Source: an uncultured bacterium | GTDB lineage: Bacteria; Oederibacteriota; Oederibacteriia; Oederibacteriales; Oederibacteriaceae | NCBI GenBank assembly: GCA_965112635.1 | Contig: OZ218778.1 | Location: 1,024,001 to 1,088,000 of the forward strand | Length of the DNA stretch: 64,000 nt | Direction: 5' to 3' | Shown: positions 28,503 to 38,226 of the stretch, piece after piece | Layout of the letters: every line of letters begins with the position of its first letter | Numbering within the stretch: position 1 is the stretch's first letter | Notes under the pieces: generated by a model | Databases searched by the model: none | What the model was told of the DNA's origin: nothing | The model's input: only the letters and a program-made list of their open reading frames with translations | Position numbers and translations under genes: made by a program

Positions 28503-30479
28503 ATGCCAAGCGAGACCATGAAACATAAAGACCCGAAACTGCTGGCGGCCAAAGCCGCGAGGCTGGGGAGCTACGCCATCCGGATGACCACGCTGGCGGG
28601 TTCGGGACATCCCAGCAGCGGGCTTTCCCTGACCCATATCGCCACCACCCTGCTCTACGACCAGATGCGCTGGGACCCCAAAGACCCCTGGCATCCGAAC
28701 GCGGACAGGCTGGTCCTGTCCGAGGGCCACGCCGTGCCCATCGTTTACGCGGCATTGGCCGACCTCGGCGCGGCTTACGGCAAGAGCAGCCAGGACGCCA
28801 AGACCCTGAGCGTGGCGGACCTGGACAAGCTGAGGACCAAGGACAGCATCCTGGACGGACATCCCAATCCCATGCTCGGTTTCCCGTTCTTTGACGCGGC
28901 CACCGGTTCCCTGGGACAGGGGCTTTCCGTGGCCGCGGGGCTGGCCGGCGCCGCGAGGCTGGACAACATCCCGAAGAACATCTATGTCCTGATCGGCGAC
29001 GGCGAGTCGCGCGAAGGCCAGGTGTGGGAGGCCATGGATTTCGTGGTGGACCACAAGCTGGAAAATGTCCACGCCCTTTTTAACTGCAACGGGCAGGGGC
29101 AGACCGGAGCGGTGAGCGACCAGCAGACCGCGGAGATGCTGGCCAAAAAGGCCGCGGCTTTCGGATGGCTGACCCTCATCGTGGACGGCCATGACATCCC
29201 CAGCCTGCAAAAAGCCCTGGACCAAAAAGGCGCGCCGGGACAGCCCGTGGCCCTCATCTGCAAGACCGTCAAAGGCTGGGGGACCAAGGCCCTGCAGGCC
29301 AAAGGCAACCACGGTAAGCCGCTGACCAAGGCCGAGATGGACCAGGGTATGGCCGACCTTCTGGCCGAGGAAAAAAAGACCGGCCAGGACGGGGGAGCGA
29401 GCCTTGCCCCGGAAAAACCGGCTAGCCGGGCCGCCAAACAGGTCTTTGTGATGAAAAGCAGCCTGCCGGAACCAGATTTTGAAAAGCTTTTGGAAGGTGA
29501 CTCGTTCCTGGAGAGCTTTAAATCAAAGAAAAAACTGGGCACGCGCCGCGCTTACGGCATCGCCCTCAGGGAACTGGTCAAGCTGCATCCCCAGGTGGTG
29601 GCTTTGGACGGCGACGTGAGCAACTCCACTTTTTCCGAGACCGTCAAAAAGGTCGCGCCGGAACGGTTCTTTGAATGCCGCATCGCCGAGCAGAATATGG
29701 TGTCCGCGGCCGGAGGGTTCGCGGCCTCGGGCAAAGTCCCGTTCGCCAGCACCTTCAGCAAGTTCTTTTCCCGGGCCATGGACCAGATCGAGCTGTGTTT
29801 CATCTCCGGACACAACATCAAGATGGCGGGTTCCCATGCCGGTATTTCCATCGGCGCGGACGGGCCGTCCCAGATGTCGGTCACGGACATGGCGTTTTTC
29901 CGCTCTTTCCCCAACGACCCCAAAGTCTCCCTTCCCCGGCAGACCATGACGGTGCTCAACCCGGCTGACGCGGTCTGTGCCTACAAACTGGTGGAGTGGA
30001 TGGCCAAACACGAGGGCCTGGTGTTCCTGCGGACCATGCGGGCAGACCTGGCTTTGCTGTACAAAAAAGAAGAGAATTTCGAAGTGCCCGGGGCCAAACT
30101 GCTGGCTGAAGGCAAGGACCTTTTGATCTGCGCCACGGGCTACATGGTGCACAACGCCCTGGGCCTGGCGTCCAAACTGGCCGAAAAGGAGATAAAAGCA
30201 GGGGTCATGGACTGCTATTCCCTGCCTGCCCCGAACAGCCTCATCCTTGATGCCGCCAAGAAACACAACGGCCGCATCCTCACCCTGGAAGACAATTACA
30301 AGGGCGGGCTGGGCAGCGAGCTTTCCGAAGCCGTGGCTTTTAACGGCCAGGCCAAAGTCCTGAGCCTTTGCGTCCAAAAAGTGGCCAAATCGGCCCAGAC
30401 CGCGGAAGAGGTCTTTGATTACGCGGGGCTGACCCAGGAGGCCATGGTGCAGGCGGCCCAAAGCCTGTGCCGGAACTGA
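28503..30479 (+). CDS. tkt: Transketolase
   Basis: SGHPSS; DRLVLSEGHA; ATGSLGQG; GDGESREG ThDP motif; IAEQNMV; GADGPSQM. Confidence 0.92.
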   Translation: MPSETMKHKDPKLLAAKAARLGSYAIRMTTLAGSGHPSSGLSLTHIATTLLYDQMRWDPKDPWHPNADRLVLSEGHAVPIVYAALADLGAAYGKSSQDAKTLSVADLDKLRTKDSILDGHPNPMLGFPFFDAATGSLGQGLSVAAGLAGAARLDNIPKNIYVLIGDGESREGQVWEAMDFVVDHKLENVHALFNCNGQGQTGAVSDQQTAEMLAKKAAAFGWLTLIVDGHDIPSLQKALDQKGAPGQPVALICKTVKGWGTKALQAKGNHGKPLTKAEMDQGMADLLAEEKKTGQDGGASLAPEKPASRAAKQVFVMKSSLPEPDFEKLLEGDSFLESFKSKKKLGTRRAYGIALRELVKLHPQVVALDGDVSNSTFSETVKKVAPERFFECRIAEQNMVSAAGGFAASGKVPFASTFSKFFSRAMDQIELCFISGHNIKMAGSHAGISIGADGPSQMSVTDMAFFRSFPNDPKVSLPRQTMTVLNPADAVCAYKLVEWMAKHEGLVFLRTMRADLALLYKKEENFEVPGAKLLAEGKDLLICATGYMVHNALGLASKLAEKEIKAGVMDCYSLPAPNSLILDAAKKHNGRILTLEDNYKGGLGSELSEAVAFNGQAKVLSLCVQKVAKSAQTAEEVFDYAGLTQEAMVQAAQSLCRN

Positions 30480-30485
30480 GCCGGG

Positions 30486-31154
30486 ATGGCGGGAGACATT
30501 GACCTTTTGATCTTCGACCTGGACGGGACCCTGGTGGACAGCCGGGCGGACCTGGCCGGGTCGGCCAACTTTATGCGCAAAAAATTCCATCTCCCTCCTT
30601 TGTCCATCGACCAGGTCTCCCCGCACATCGGCGGGGGAGTGGTGCACCTGGTCGCGGGCTGCCTGGGCCGCGATGAAAAAGATCCGGAGGTCCCCAAAGC
30701 GCTGGAAATCTTCAAAGAGCACTACGAAAAACATTGCGCGGACGAGAGCCGGTTGTATCCCGGAGTCAGGGAGACTCTCCAGGAGTTCAAGAACAAAGGC
30801 AAAAAACTTTGCGTGGCCTCCAACAAGATCACGGAGCTTTCCGAAAAGATCCTGGCCAAGCTGGGTGTGCTGGAGCTTTTTGACGTTGTGGCGGGCGGCG
30901 ACGGAAACCTCAAAAGGAAACCCGACCCGGAAACTTTGGAGGTCTCCTTTGAAAAGCTGGGTATCCCGGCTTCCCGCGCGGCTATGATCGGCGACAGCCG
31001 GCTGGACGTCCTGGCAGGCCGCAACGCGGGCGTCGCGATGGTGGTCGGGGTCACTTACGGCATCGGGGATCTGGATGAATTGAAAGAGAGCGGGCCGGAT
31101 CGCCTGGTGGGAAGATTCGGCGACCTGAAAAAACTTTTTTTGAGCGTTCCTTGA
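30486..31154 (+). CDS. HAD-IA hydrolase, phosphoglycolate phosphatase-like
   Basis: IFDLDGTLVDS; SNK; KPDP; MIGDSRLD. Confidence 0.88.
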   Translation: MAGDIDLLIFDLDGTLVDSRADLAGSANFMRKKFHLPPLSIDQVSPHIGGGVVHLVAGCLGRDEKDPEVPKALEIFKEHYEKHCADESRLYPGVRETLQEFKNKGKKLCVASNKITELSEKILAKLGVLELFDVVAGGDGNLKRKPDPETLEVSFEKLGIPASRAAMIGDSRLDVLAGRNAGVAMVVGVTYGIGDLDELKESGPDRLVGRFGDLKKLFLSVP

Positions 31155-31183
31155 AATTTTTTCAGAAATTTCCTGTCCCCAAT

Positions 31184-31212
31184 TTGACAAAGCACCGGCA
31201 CGAATCTATAAT
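31184..31212 (+). promoter_or_regulatory. Consensus sigma70 promoter
   Basis: TTGACA-N17-TATAAT. Confidence 0.7.
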
Positions 31213-31263
31213 CACCTTAAATATGTTTCGTCCTCCTACCCAATCCCTGACGAAGGGAGATTA

Positions 31264-32097
31264 ATGGAACACAAAGGGCCGTTCGAACTGGAAGTGAACC
31301 AGCCCGAAGAGAAGTTCAATTTAGCCCGAGCCGCCCTGCTCGTCGCCAGGGAAGAGTATCCCCGTCTCAACGTCGACGCCTGCCTGCAGGAGATCAAGAA
31401 CCACGCCCAGACCATCCGAACCCGCCTCAAGAAAAATTCCAGGAGCATCAAGTACATCCTCAAGGAGGCGCACGATTACCTGTTCCGGGAGCTGGGATTC
31501 AAGGGCACGCTCAAGAATTTTTACGATCCCCGCAACAGCTTTTTGAACGACGTCCTTGACCGGCGCACGGGAGCCCCCATCACCCTGTCCATCCTCTATA
31601 TGGAGGTCATGAAGGAACTTTCGCTGCAGACCGTGGGCGTGGTTTTTCCCGGGCACTTCTTGGTCAAGATCAAAACACCGGAGCTGCAGCTCATCGTGGA
31701 CCCGTTCCACCGGGGAGCGCTCCTGTCGTGGGAAGACCTGCAGGTCCTGCTCCAGCACACCACGGGCAAGCCCGCCTTTTATCACCAGGAGTACCTCAAG
31801 GAGGCCGGCAAGAAACAGGTCCTCTACCGGCTGCTCAGCAGCCTGCGGGCGGTCTACCTGATGAAGGACGAGTTCGTGAAATCGGTCAAGGTGATGAAGA
31901 TGATGTTCGCCCTGGCCCCTTCCACGGCCTCGATCTACGGTGGGAACCGGGTGGCGGATTACCTGATCGATGAGCACGAGAAGATGCTCGACGATTTCGT
32001 GGAGTACGTGAAACTAGACCTGTGCCTGAACGAGGAAAATGTTTTTGAGGAACAGCAGATGGGCTTCCTCAGGCGGATGGTCAAGGATTTTAACTAG
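31264..32097 (+). CDS. SirB1/transglutaminase-like core protein
   Basis: YDPRNSFLNDVLDRRTGAPITLSILY; FPGHFLV; DPF. Confidence 0.85.
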   Translation: MEHKGPFELEVNQPEEKFNLARAALLVAREEYPRLNVDACLQEIKNHAQTIRTRLKKNSRSIKYILKEAHDYLFRELGFKGTLKNFYDPRNSFLNDVLDRRTGAPITLSILYMEVMKELSLQTVGVVFPGHFLVKIKTPELQLIVDPFHRGALLSWEDLQVLLQHTTGKPAFYHQEYLKEAGKKQVLYRLLSSLRAVYLMKDEFVKSVKVMKMMFALAPSTASIYGGNRVADYLIDEHEKMLDDFVEYVKLDLCLNEENVFEEQQMGFLRRMVKDFN

Positions 32098-32185
32098 CCT
32101 GCCCGATGGGTTGTGAGAGTCCTGGGCAGACTAGTTGCCCCCAAAATCCAGTGTGATTTTGGGGTTTATCATTTAGGAGGGTGAT

Positions 32186-32581
32186 ATGCCGAAAAGTTCT
32201 TACGAGGGTCTGCAGAAAAAAGTCAGAAACCTCAAAACCCCAGCCATCGCGACCTGGGCCAACCAGTATCCGGACCGGGAATACACCATCAATATGACTA
32301 TCCCCGAGTTTACCTGCGTGTGCCCCAAGACCGGCCAGCCAGATTTCGCCACCCTGCACCTTTCCTATGTGCCGGACCGGCGTTGCGTGGAACTAAAATC
32401 CTTTAAGCTGTATATCAATTTCTTCCGTTCCGTGGGAATATTCCACGAGCACGCGGTGAACAGAATTTTGGACGATTTTGTGAAGGCCTGTGAACCCAGA
32501 AAAGCCAGTTTGACCGGTGATTTTAACACCAGGGGTGGTATCCATACCGCTGTTTCAGCCCAATATCTGGGGCCCCAGTGA
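32186..32581 (+). CDS. queF: NADPH-dependent preQ0 reductase (type I)
   Basis: PEFTCVCPKTGQPDF; VELKSFKLY; FHE; RGGI. Confidence 0.95.
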   Translation: MPKSSYEGLQKKVRNLKTPAIATWANQYPDREYTINMTIPEFTCVCPKTGQPDFATLHLSYVPDRRCVELKSFKLYINFFRSVGIFHEHAVNRILDDFVKACEPRKASLTGDFNTRGGIHTAVSAQYLGPQ

Positions 32582-32624
32582 TCTCTCCAGCCGGTTGCTT
32601 TCTATATATACAGGCGGTCACCTA

Positions 32625-33281
32625 TCATTGAGGCCAGCCAATAGTCTGGCTAAGGATTATTTTTTGGGTATCTTTTAATCCCATTTTCTTGGCCAGTTCC
32701 TTGCTGTCCATCATGCCCCGGACCACAGTGCCCAATCCGCTGGAAGCGCAAAACAGGTAAACATTTTGGCTGATAAATCCCGTATCCGTGGCAGAGTAAA
32801 AACTGCTTGTTTCCGGCGATAATTTACTCATTTTGGACAGGTCAGCCACAAAGATGAGGTTGAGGGGCGCGTCTTTAACGAACGGCTGTTTGCCGGTCAA
32901 AGCCCGAATGTCCTCGGCCAGGATAGGCAACAGCTTGTTGTCCTGGGCGTCATAAAGGTAAAGGCCGCCAGCCATGGCCGCGTAAATGTCTATCTCCTGC
33001 ATGTTCATGGCCGAAGGCGCGGTGCGGCCGCCTTTATCGGTCCGGTTGATGCCAAAAGCGGCCCAAAGCAGGTTGGACAGGGTCTGCAAGGGAATTTTTT
33101 TATCCGAAAAAGAGCGAATGGATTTGCGCTCCTTGAGGACGCGCATCAAGGGTTTGCCGCCGTCCATCTGCGGCTCCAGCAGGTTGATGGGTTTGAGCTC
33201 CTGGGCCCGCAAAGGCCAGGCGCTGGCCAGGAACAGGATAGAAAATAACACTCCGCCGATTTTATTTCTCGTGACAGACAT
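32625..33281 (-). CDS. Nitroreductase / SagB-ThcOx family protein with signal peptide
   Basis: RKSIRSF; LSNLLWAAFG; RTAPSA; QNVYLFC; AAGGAGG RBS before ATG 33281. Confidence 0.88.
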   Translation of the reverse strand: MSVTRNKIGGVLFSILFLASAWPLRAQELKPINLLEPQMDGGKPLMRVLKERKSIRSFSDKKIPLQTLSNLLWAAFGINRTDKGGRTAPSAMNMQEIDIYAAMAGGLYLYDAQDNKLLPILAEDIRALTGKQPFVKDAPLNLIFVADLSKMSKLSPETSSFYSATDTGFISQNVYLFCASSGLGTVVRGMMDSKELAKKMGLKDTQKIILSQTIGWPQ

Positions 33282-33404
33282 CGTAACCTCCTTAGATGAA
33301 TGGGATTGGCTTAATTGTGCCATAAAATTGCATGATTTTCTGCCTAATCTTTGCGTCCTCAAAATTACCCTCTGGACAAAAATTTAAGGTAAAATTCTTA
33401 GGTA

Positions 33405-33631
33405 GTGGGTCTCCTGCGGGCACAGCCCGTGGCTCCCACAAAACATTCAGTCCGCTCGCCTAGACGGCGAAGCCGGTCTGGCCTCCGGCGGACTGACCAA
33501 AGGAGTATCTTCCTTTGGAATCCTCTCGGAGAGGAATAGTTTATAAAACTAGCGTTTTTTCATCCACGGGCAGAGCTCGCCTAGTCGGCGAAGCGACTGG
33601 CCCGTGGTCTTCAAAACGCTATTCCGATAAA
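33405..33631. mobile_element. Highly palindromic MITE/REP-like element (IS200/IS605-end-like) with nested insertions
   Basis: Six consecutive hairpins; related end hairpins CTGCGGGCACAGCCCGTGG and TTCAT-CCACGGGCAGAG[insert]CCCGTGG; 3' 28 bp recur inverted at 57615-57642. Confidence 0.5.
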
Positions 33632-33648
33632 GAACCCGGGGAGATGCA

Positions 33649-34503
33649 ATGAAAGTAAAAGTTTCGGTCTTGTTTCTATCCGTTACCTTTGTGCTGTCTC
33701 TATGGCTGGTGGTTCCCAAGGGTTTTGGGGATAACCTGGCTAGGTATTATCTAAAAAACGGAAATGACAAAGCCAAACTAGGGGATCCTAAAGGGGCGTT
33801 AGAAGAGCTCAATAAAGCGGTCGACGCGGACCCGTCCCTTTTTGCCGCATATTATTCGCGGAGCGAGGCGGAATTTTCTTTAAAGGATTACGCGGGAGCG
33901 ATCCGCGACCTGGATAGATTCATCGAGTTCCAGCCCCAGTTCGCCAAGGCCTATTTTTTACGGGGATGCATCAAGCAGATCAAAAAAGACCTCAAGGGAG
34001 CCATGACGGACTTTAACCAGGCCCTGGGTTTGGATCATGAGAATGGGGATGCCTATTTTAGCCGGGGTTCTTTGGAAGAGAGTTTGGGGAATTACGAGGA
34101 CGCCATACGCGATTATGACAGGACAGTGACCCTGAACCCTAAAAATTGGCTAGCATTCTTCAAGAGGGGCAGCATTTATTGGGCCGAAAGGAACTACAAA
34201 GCGACTGTCAAAGATTATAACCAGGTCATCAAATTGAAGCCCGATTTTTCAGATGCCTATAATGGCCGGGCCAGCGCGGAATATCAGTTGCAGCATTACG
34301 AGGATGCCATAAAGGACTGCGACAAGGCCTTAAAACTTGACCTCAAACTTGCCCAGGCCATGAATACCAGGGGTTGCGCGAAATATATGATGGGGGACCA
34401 GCAAGGCGCCCTTAAAGATTTGGATACCGCCTATAGGATGGGATACAAAAAAGCCGCAGAGACCATAAACAAGATACAAAAATCCGGCGGCCCCTTGCGG
34501 TAA
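33649..34503 (+). CDS. Secreted tetratricopeptide repeat protein
   Basis: Signal peptide; repeated AYxxRG...AIxDy TPR units. Confidence 0.88.
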   Translation: MKVKVSVLFLSVTFVLSLWLVVPKGFGDNLARYYLKNGNDKAKLGDPKGALEELNKAVDADPSLFAAYYSRSEAEFSLKDYAGAIRDLDRFIEFQPQFAKAYFLRGCIKQIKKDLKGAMTDFNQALGLDHENGDAYFSRGSLEESLGNYEDAIRDYDRTVTLNPKNWLAFFKRGSIYWAERNYKATVKDYNQVIKLKPDFSDAYNGRASAEYQLQHYEDAIKDCDKALKLDLKLAQAMNTRGCAKYMMGDQQGALKDLDTAYRMGYKKAAETINKIQKSGGPLR

Positions 34504-34716
34504 GTTTTTTGATTTAACTTGGGAAGCGGACCATGAAAAAGGCTTTGCCTGTTTTGTCCCCAGTCCTTTTCCTGATGCTCGGTTCTTTTAATCCTTATCC
34601 AATGTTATAATACCCCTACAATTTATTGATCCTTTACAGGGCTGTGCCGGGAGGCAGAGCCCTTTTGGCGTTTCCGAACAGCCGGAAGATAATTAAATTT
34701 ACCCAGGAAAAGGAAG

Positions 34717-37700
34717 ATGTTTTTAGACGAAGTTCTGCCCAAAATTGAAAAACTGGCCAGTTTCCAGAAGCTCAACAACTGCCTGGCCAAAGCCAACCCC
34801 AGAATCGTGGTGGCTGGACAGGGGTTGTGGGGCACGAGCCGGGCTTTTTTCCTCGGCCTGCTGCGCAAAACACGGCAAAAGCCCTTTTTAGTCATCACCC
34901 GGCAGGAGGAACAGGCGTGGGAAATGGCTGAAGACCTCGAGGCCTTGATCGAAGAAGAGGGGGTCGTAAGCTGGTTCCCTTCATGGCAGATCCTGGCTTA
35001 TGACCCCTTGCCGGTGACCCCGGAAATATCGGAAAAACGGGTGATGGCCATGTATGAGGCTCTGAGCCAGAGTTTGTCGGGCAGAGGGAAAAATTTGCCC
35101 ATCCTGGTGGCCTCTTTAGAGGCTTTGCTCGTGAGGACCCTGCCTCCCGAGGAATTTTTAGACAGCCTGCTGGTCTTTAAAAAAGGCGAGGAGATCCCGT
35201 TCGGCGATTTGCCAGCCAGGCTGAGCGAGACTGGGTACGAGCGGGTGTCCCAGGTGGAAAAAAGGAGGGAGTTCGCCCTAAGGGGCGGCATCCTGGATAT
35301 TTACGGGCCCTTGGCAGAGATTAAGTTCCTTTCCCAATCCCCTGAGGCCGCGATGCAGGCCAACCACAACGAAAGCCTGTGCCTGCGGGTGGAGTTCGAA
35401 GGGGATGAAGTCGTGTCCTTGAGACTCTTTGATGTTTTGAGCCAGCAGTCTTACGCCAGGCTGGAATCCTGCGTGGTTTTGCCCGGTTCAGAATTGCGGC
35501 TCAAGGGCGGAATTGGAGCGGGGCGTCAGGAAGGGTCTGCTGGAGCGGAAGCCGGGGTCCGTTTCCCCGGAGTGGAAAATTATTTACCGAGATATTACGA
35601 CAAAACCTGCTCCCTGCTGGATTACCTGAGCCCTGAAACCATCCTTTGGCTGGAAGAACCCGGGGAAATGGAGGTCGAGGAACAAAAACATAATGAACGG
35701 GCGCAGAGATTGTATGAGAGCGCCAAAGGACGGGGGGAAGCCTGTTTGGCCCCGCACGAACGGTATTTTAACCTCGGCCATTTGATGGAACAGGCCGGCA
35801 GGCATACCCTGGTCCTGGCCTCCCTGCTCCAGCAGGCCCATGAACTGGCCCAACCGGAGGCAATGGTCCAATTCAGCGTCAGATCCAACGAGCCCTTTCA
35901 GGGCAAGTTCCCCTTGCTGATGGAAGAGCTGGCCTCCTGGAAACAAAGAGGCACCGAAGTGCATTTCCTGTGCCACAACGAGGGCGAAAAACAGCGGTTG
36001 CAGGAGCTTTTAAAAGAAAACGACCAGCTGAGCCCGCATTTTTATTTCCGCGAAAACCTGCTGAGGGCCGGGTTTTTTATGCCAGAAATATCTCTGGGGC
36101 TGGTGTCCAACCAGGAAATATTCGGCAGGATGTACCAGAAGGTCAAGCGCAAGTCCAGCCCCTACTCGGCCAAAGGCCGGGGACTTTCCAGCCTGGCCGA
36201 GATCGGCAAGGGAGACTACCTGGTCCACAAGGAACACGGCATCGCCATTTACCGGGGCCTGACCAGGTTAAAAGTGGAAGGGAACGAAAGCGATTACATC
36301 ACCCTGCAGTACGCCGACAACGACAAGCTCTACGTGCCCGTGGACCAGCTGGACAAGATACGCCGCTACACGGGAAGCAGCGCGCCGCCCAAGATCTACA
36401 GACTGGGAGGGGCGTCCTGGGACCAGGTCAAGGAAAAGGTCAAAGGCTCGATCCAGGAGATGGCCCGGGAATTGCTGGAGCTTTACGCCGAACGCAGCAG
36501 CGCCCAGGGGCACGCTTTTGCGGGGGACACGCCCTGGCAGAGCGAGTTCGAGTCCTCGTTCGTTTACCAGGAGACCGCGGACCAGGCCACGGCCACAAGC
36601 GAGATCAAGCGGACTTTAGAACAGCCCCAGCCCATGGACTACCTGCTCTGCGGGGATGTGGGCTACGGCAAGACCGAGGTGGCCATGCGGGCCGCTTTTA
36701 AGGTGATGATGGACAAAAAACAGGTGGCGGTCCTGGTGCCCACCACTTTGCTGGCCGAGCAGCACTTTTTCACTTTCAGCCAGCGCTTCGCGGACTATCC
36801 GGTCCGGGTGGCCATGCTGTCCAGGTTCAAAACAAGGGCCGAGCAGGCCAAGATCGTGCAGGAACTGGGGGAGGGCAAAGTGGACCTGGTCATCGGCACC
36901 CACAGGCTCCTGCAAAAGGATATTGTGTTCCGCGACCTGGGACTGCTCATCATCGACGAGGAGCACCGGTTCGGGGTGGGCCACAAGGAAAAGCTGAAAC
37001 AGCTGAAGACCACCGTGGACGTTCTGTCCCTGACGGCCACGCCCATCCCCCGCACCCTGCACATGGCTTTCAGCGGTCTGCGGCCCATGAGCCTCATCGC
37101 CACCCCGCCCTTGAACCGCCTGCCCATCCAGACCTTTGTCCAGCCCTACCGGGAAGAGACCGTGCGCGAAGCCATCTGGCGGGAGATCAACCGGGGCGGG
37201 CAGGTCTTTTACGTGCACAACCGGGTGCGGGACATCCAGAGGGCCAAGGAACAGCTGCAGGCCATTGTGCCTGACGCCCGGGTGTGCGTGGCCCACGGCC
37301 AGATGGACGAAAAAGAGCTGGAGCAGGTGATGAAGGCGTTCCTGGGGCGGGCCTACGACGTGCTGATGTCCACTTCCATCATCGAGTCCGGCCTGGACAT
37401 CCCCACGGTCAACACGCTCGTCATCGAGGACGCGGAAAATTTCGGGCTGGCCCAGCTCTACCAGCTGCGCGGCCGGGTGGGCCGGAGCGAGGAAAAAGCC
37501 TACGCCTACCTATTGTATTCACCGGACCAGGTCATCGACGAGAACGCCAAAAAAAGGTTGAGGTCCATCCAGGAGTTCACGGAGCTGGGGTCGGGGTTCA
37601 GGCTGGCCATGCGGGATTTGGAGATACGGGGAGCCGGGAACCTTTTAGGCAAGGCCCAGCACGGCAATATGCAGGCCGTGGGGTTTGACCTGTATTGCGA

Positions 37701-38208
37701 GCTCCTACAGGAGGCCGTGGCCAACCTGAAACAGGGGGCCGTTCCGGTCATTGAAGAACGGCCGGAGATCGTGGTCCCGGTGGATGCCTATTTCCCGGAC
37801 GATTATATTCCGGATTCCAGCACCAAGATACAACTCTACGAAAGGCTGCTGCAGCTCAAGACCTTGACTGAGGTGGACGATTTCAGCCTGGAGATGCTGG
37901 ACCGTTTCGGGGCCGTTCCGGCGGAAGCACGGGCCGTGCTCTTAGCCGCCAAGGTGAGGATCCTGTGCCCTTCCTGCGGCATCAAAAAGGTCAGGATGGA
38001 CGAGGAGATGTTTTCCCTGGTCTTTTCCGACCTCAAAACCGTTTCTTTAAAGACCTTGGAAAAAGCTTTTGGCCAGGGAATGATGAAACCTTCCTGCTGC
38101 AGCGTCCAACCGGACGGATCGCTTTTGTTCAAAAAAAACATGGGGTTGGAGGAGTTGATTACCTTGTTGCAAAGACTGGCGGACTATGTTAGTTTCAAAA
38201 AACCTTAA
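34717..38208 (+). CDS. mfd: Transcription-repair coupling factor
   Basis: RGGILDI; CarD-like VHKEHGI; GDVGYGKTEVA; IIDEEHRFGV; TATPIPRTL; QLRGRVGR; DLEIRGAGNLLG. Confidence 0.97.
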   Translation: MFLDEVLPKIEKLASFQKLNNCLAKANPRIVVAGQGLWGTSRAFFLGLLRKTRQKPFLVITRQEEQAWEMAEDLEALIEEEGVVSWFPSWQILAYDPLPVTPEISEKRVMAMYEALSQSLSGRGKNLPILVASLEALLVRTLPPEEFLDSLLVFKKGEEIPFGDLPARLSETGYERVSQVEKRREFALRGGILDIYGPLAEIKFLSQSPEAAMQANHNESLCLRVEFEGDEVVSLRLFDVLSQQSYARLESCVVLPGSELRLKGGIGAGRQEGSAGAEAGVRFPGVENYLPRYYDKTCSLLDYLSPETILWLEEPGEMEVEEQKHNERAQRLYESAKGRGEACLAPHERYFNLGHLMEQAGRHTLVLASLLQQAHELAQPEAMVQFSVRSNEPFQGKFPLLMEELASWKQRGTEVHFLCHNEGEKQRLQELLKENDQLSPHFYFRENLLRAGFFMPEISLGLVSNQEIFGRMYQKVKRKSSPYSAKGRGLSSLAEIGKGDYLVHKEHGIAIYRGLTRLKVEGNESDYITLQYADNDKLYVPVDQLDKIRRYTGSSAPPKIYRLGGASWDQVKEKVKGSIQEMARELLELYAERSSAQGHAFAGDTPWQSEFESSFVYQETADQATATSEIKRTLEQPQPMDYLLCGDVGYGKTEVAMRAAFKVMMDKKQVAVLVPTTLLAEQHFFTFSQRFADYPVRVAMLSRFKTRAEQAKIVQELGEGKVDLVIGTHRLLQKDIVFRDLGLLIIDEEHRFGVGHKEKLKQLKTTVDVLSLTATPIPRTLHMAFSGLRPMSLIATPPLNRLPIQTFVQPYREETVREAIWREINRGGQVFYVHNRVRDIQRAKEQLQAIVPDARVCVAHGQMDEKELEQVMKAFLGRAYDVLMSTSIIESGLDIPTVNTLVIEDAENFGLAQLYQLRGRVGRSEEKAYAYLLYSPDQVIDENAKKRLRSIQEFTELGSGFRLAMRDLEIRGAGNLLGKAQHGNMQAVGFDLYCELLQEAVANLKQGAVPVIEERPEIVVPVDAYFPDDYIPDSSTKIQLYERLLQLKTLTEVDDFSLEMLDRFGAVPAEARAVLLAAKVRILCPSCGIKKVRMDEEMFSLVFSDLKTVSLKTLEKAFGQGMMKPSCCSVQPDGSLLFKKNMGLEELITLLQRLADYVSFKKP

Positions 38209-38226
38209 GCGGTCCGGAGACCATTT

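Noticed and set aside
29523-31190. Long antisense ORFs (e.g. 29523-31190, 11445-12800, 48883-50085, 56184-57077)
   Set aside because: They shadow well-supported genes on the opposite strand; expected from GC-rich codon bias and carry no motifs
32092-32185. preQ1 riboswitch upstream of queF
   Set aside because: Only a simple hairpin (32092-32136); no preQ1 loop consensus or A-rich tail recognised
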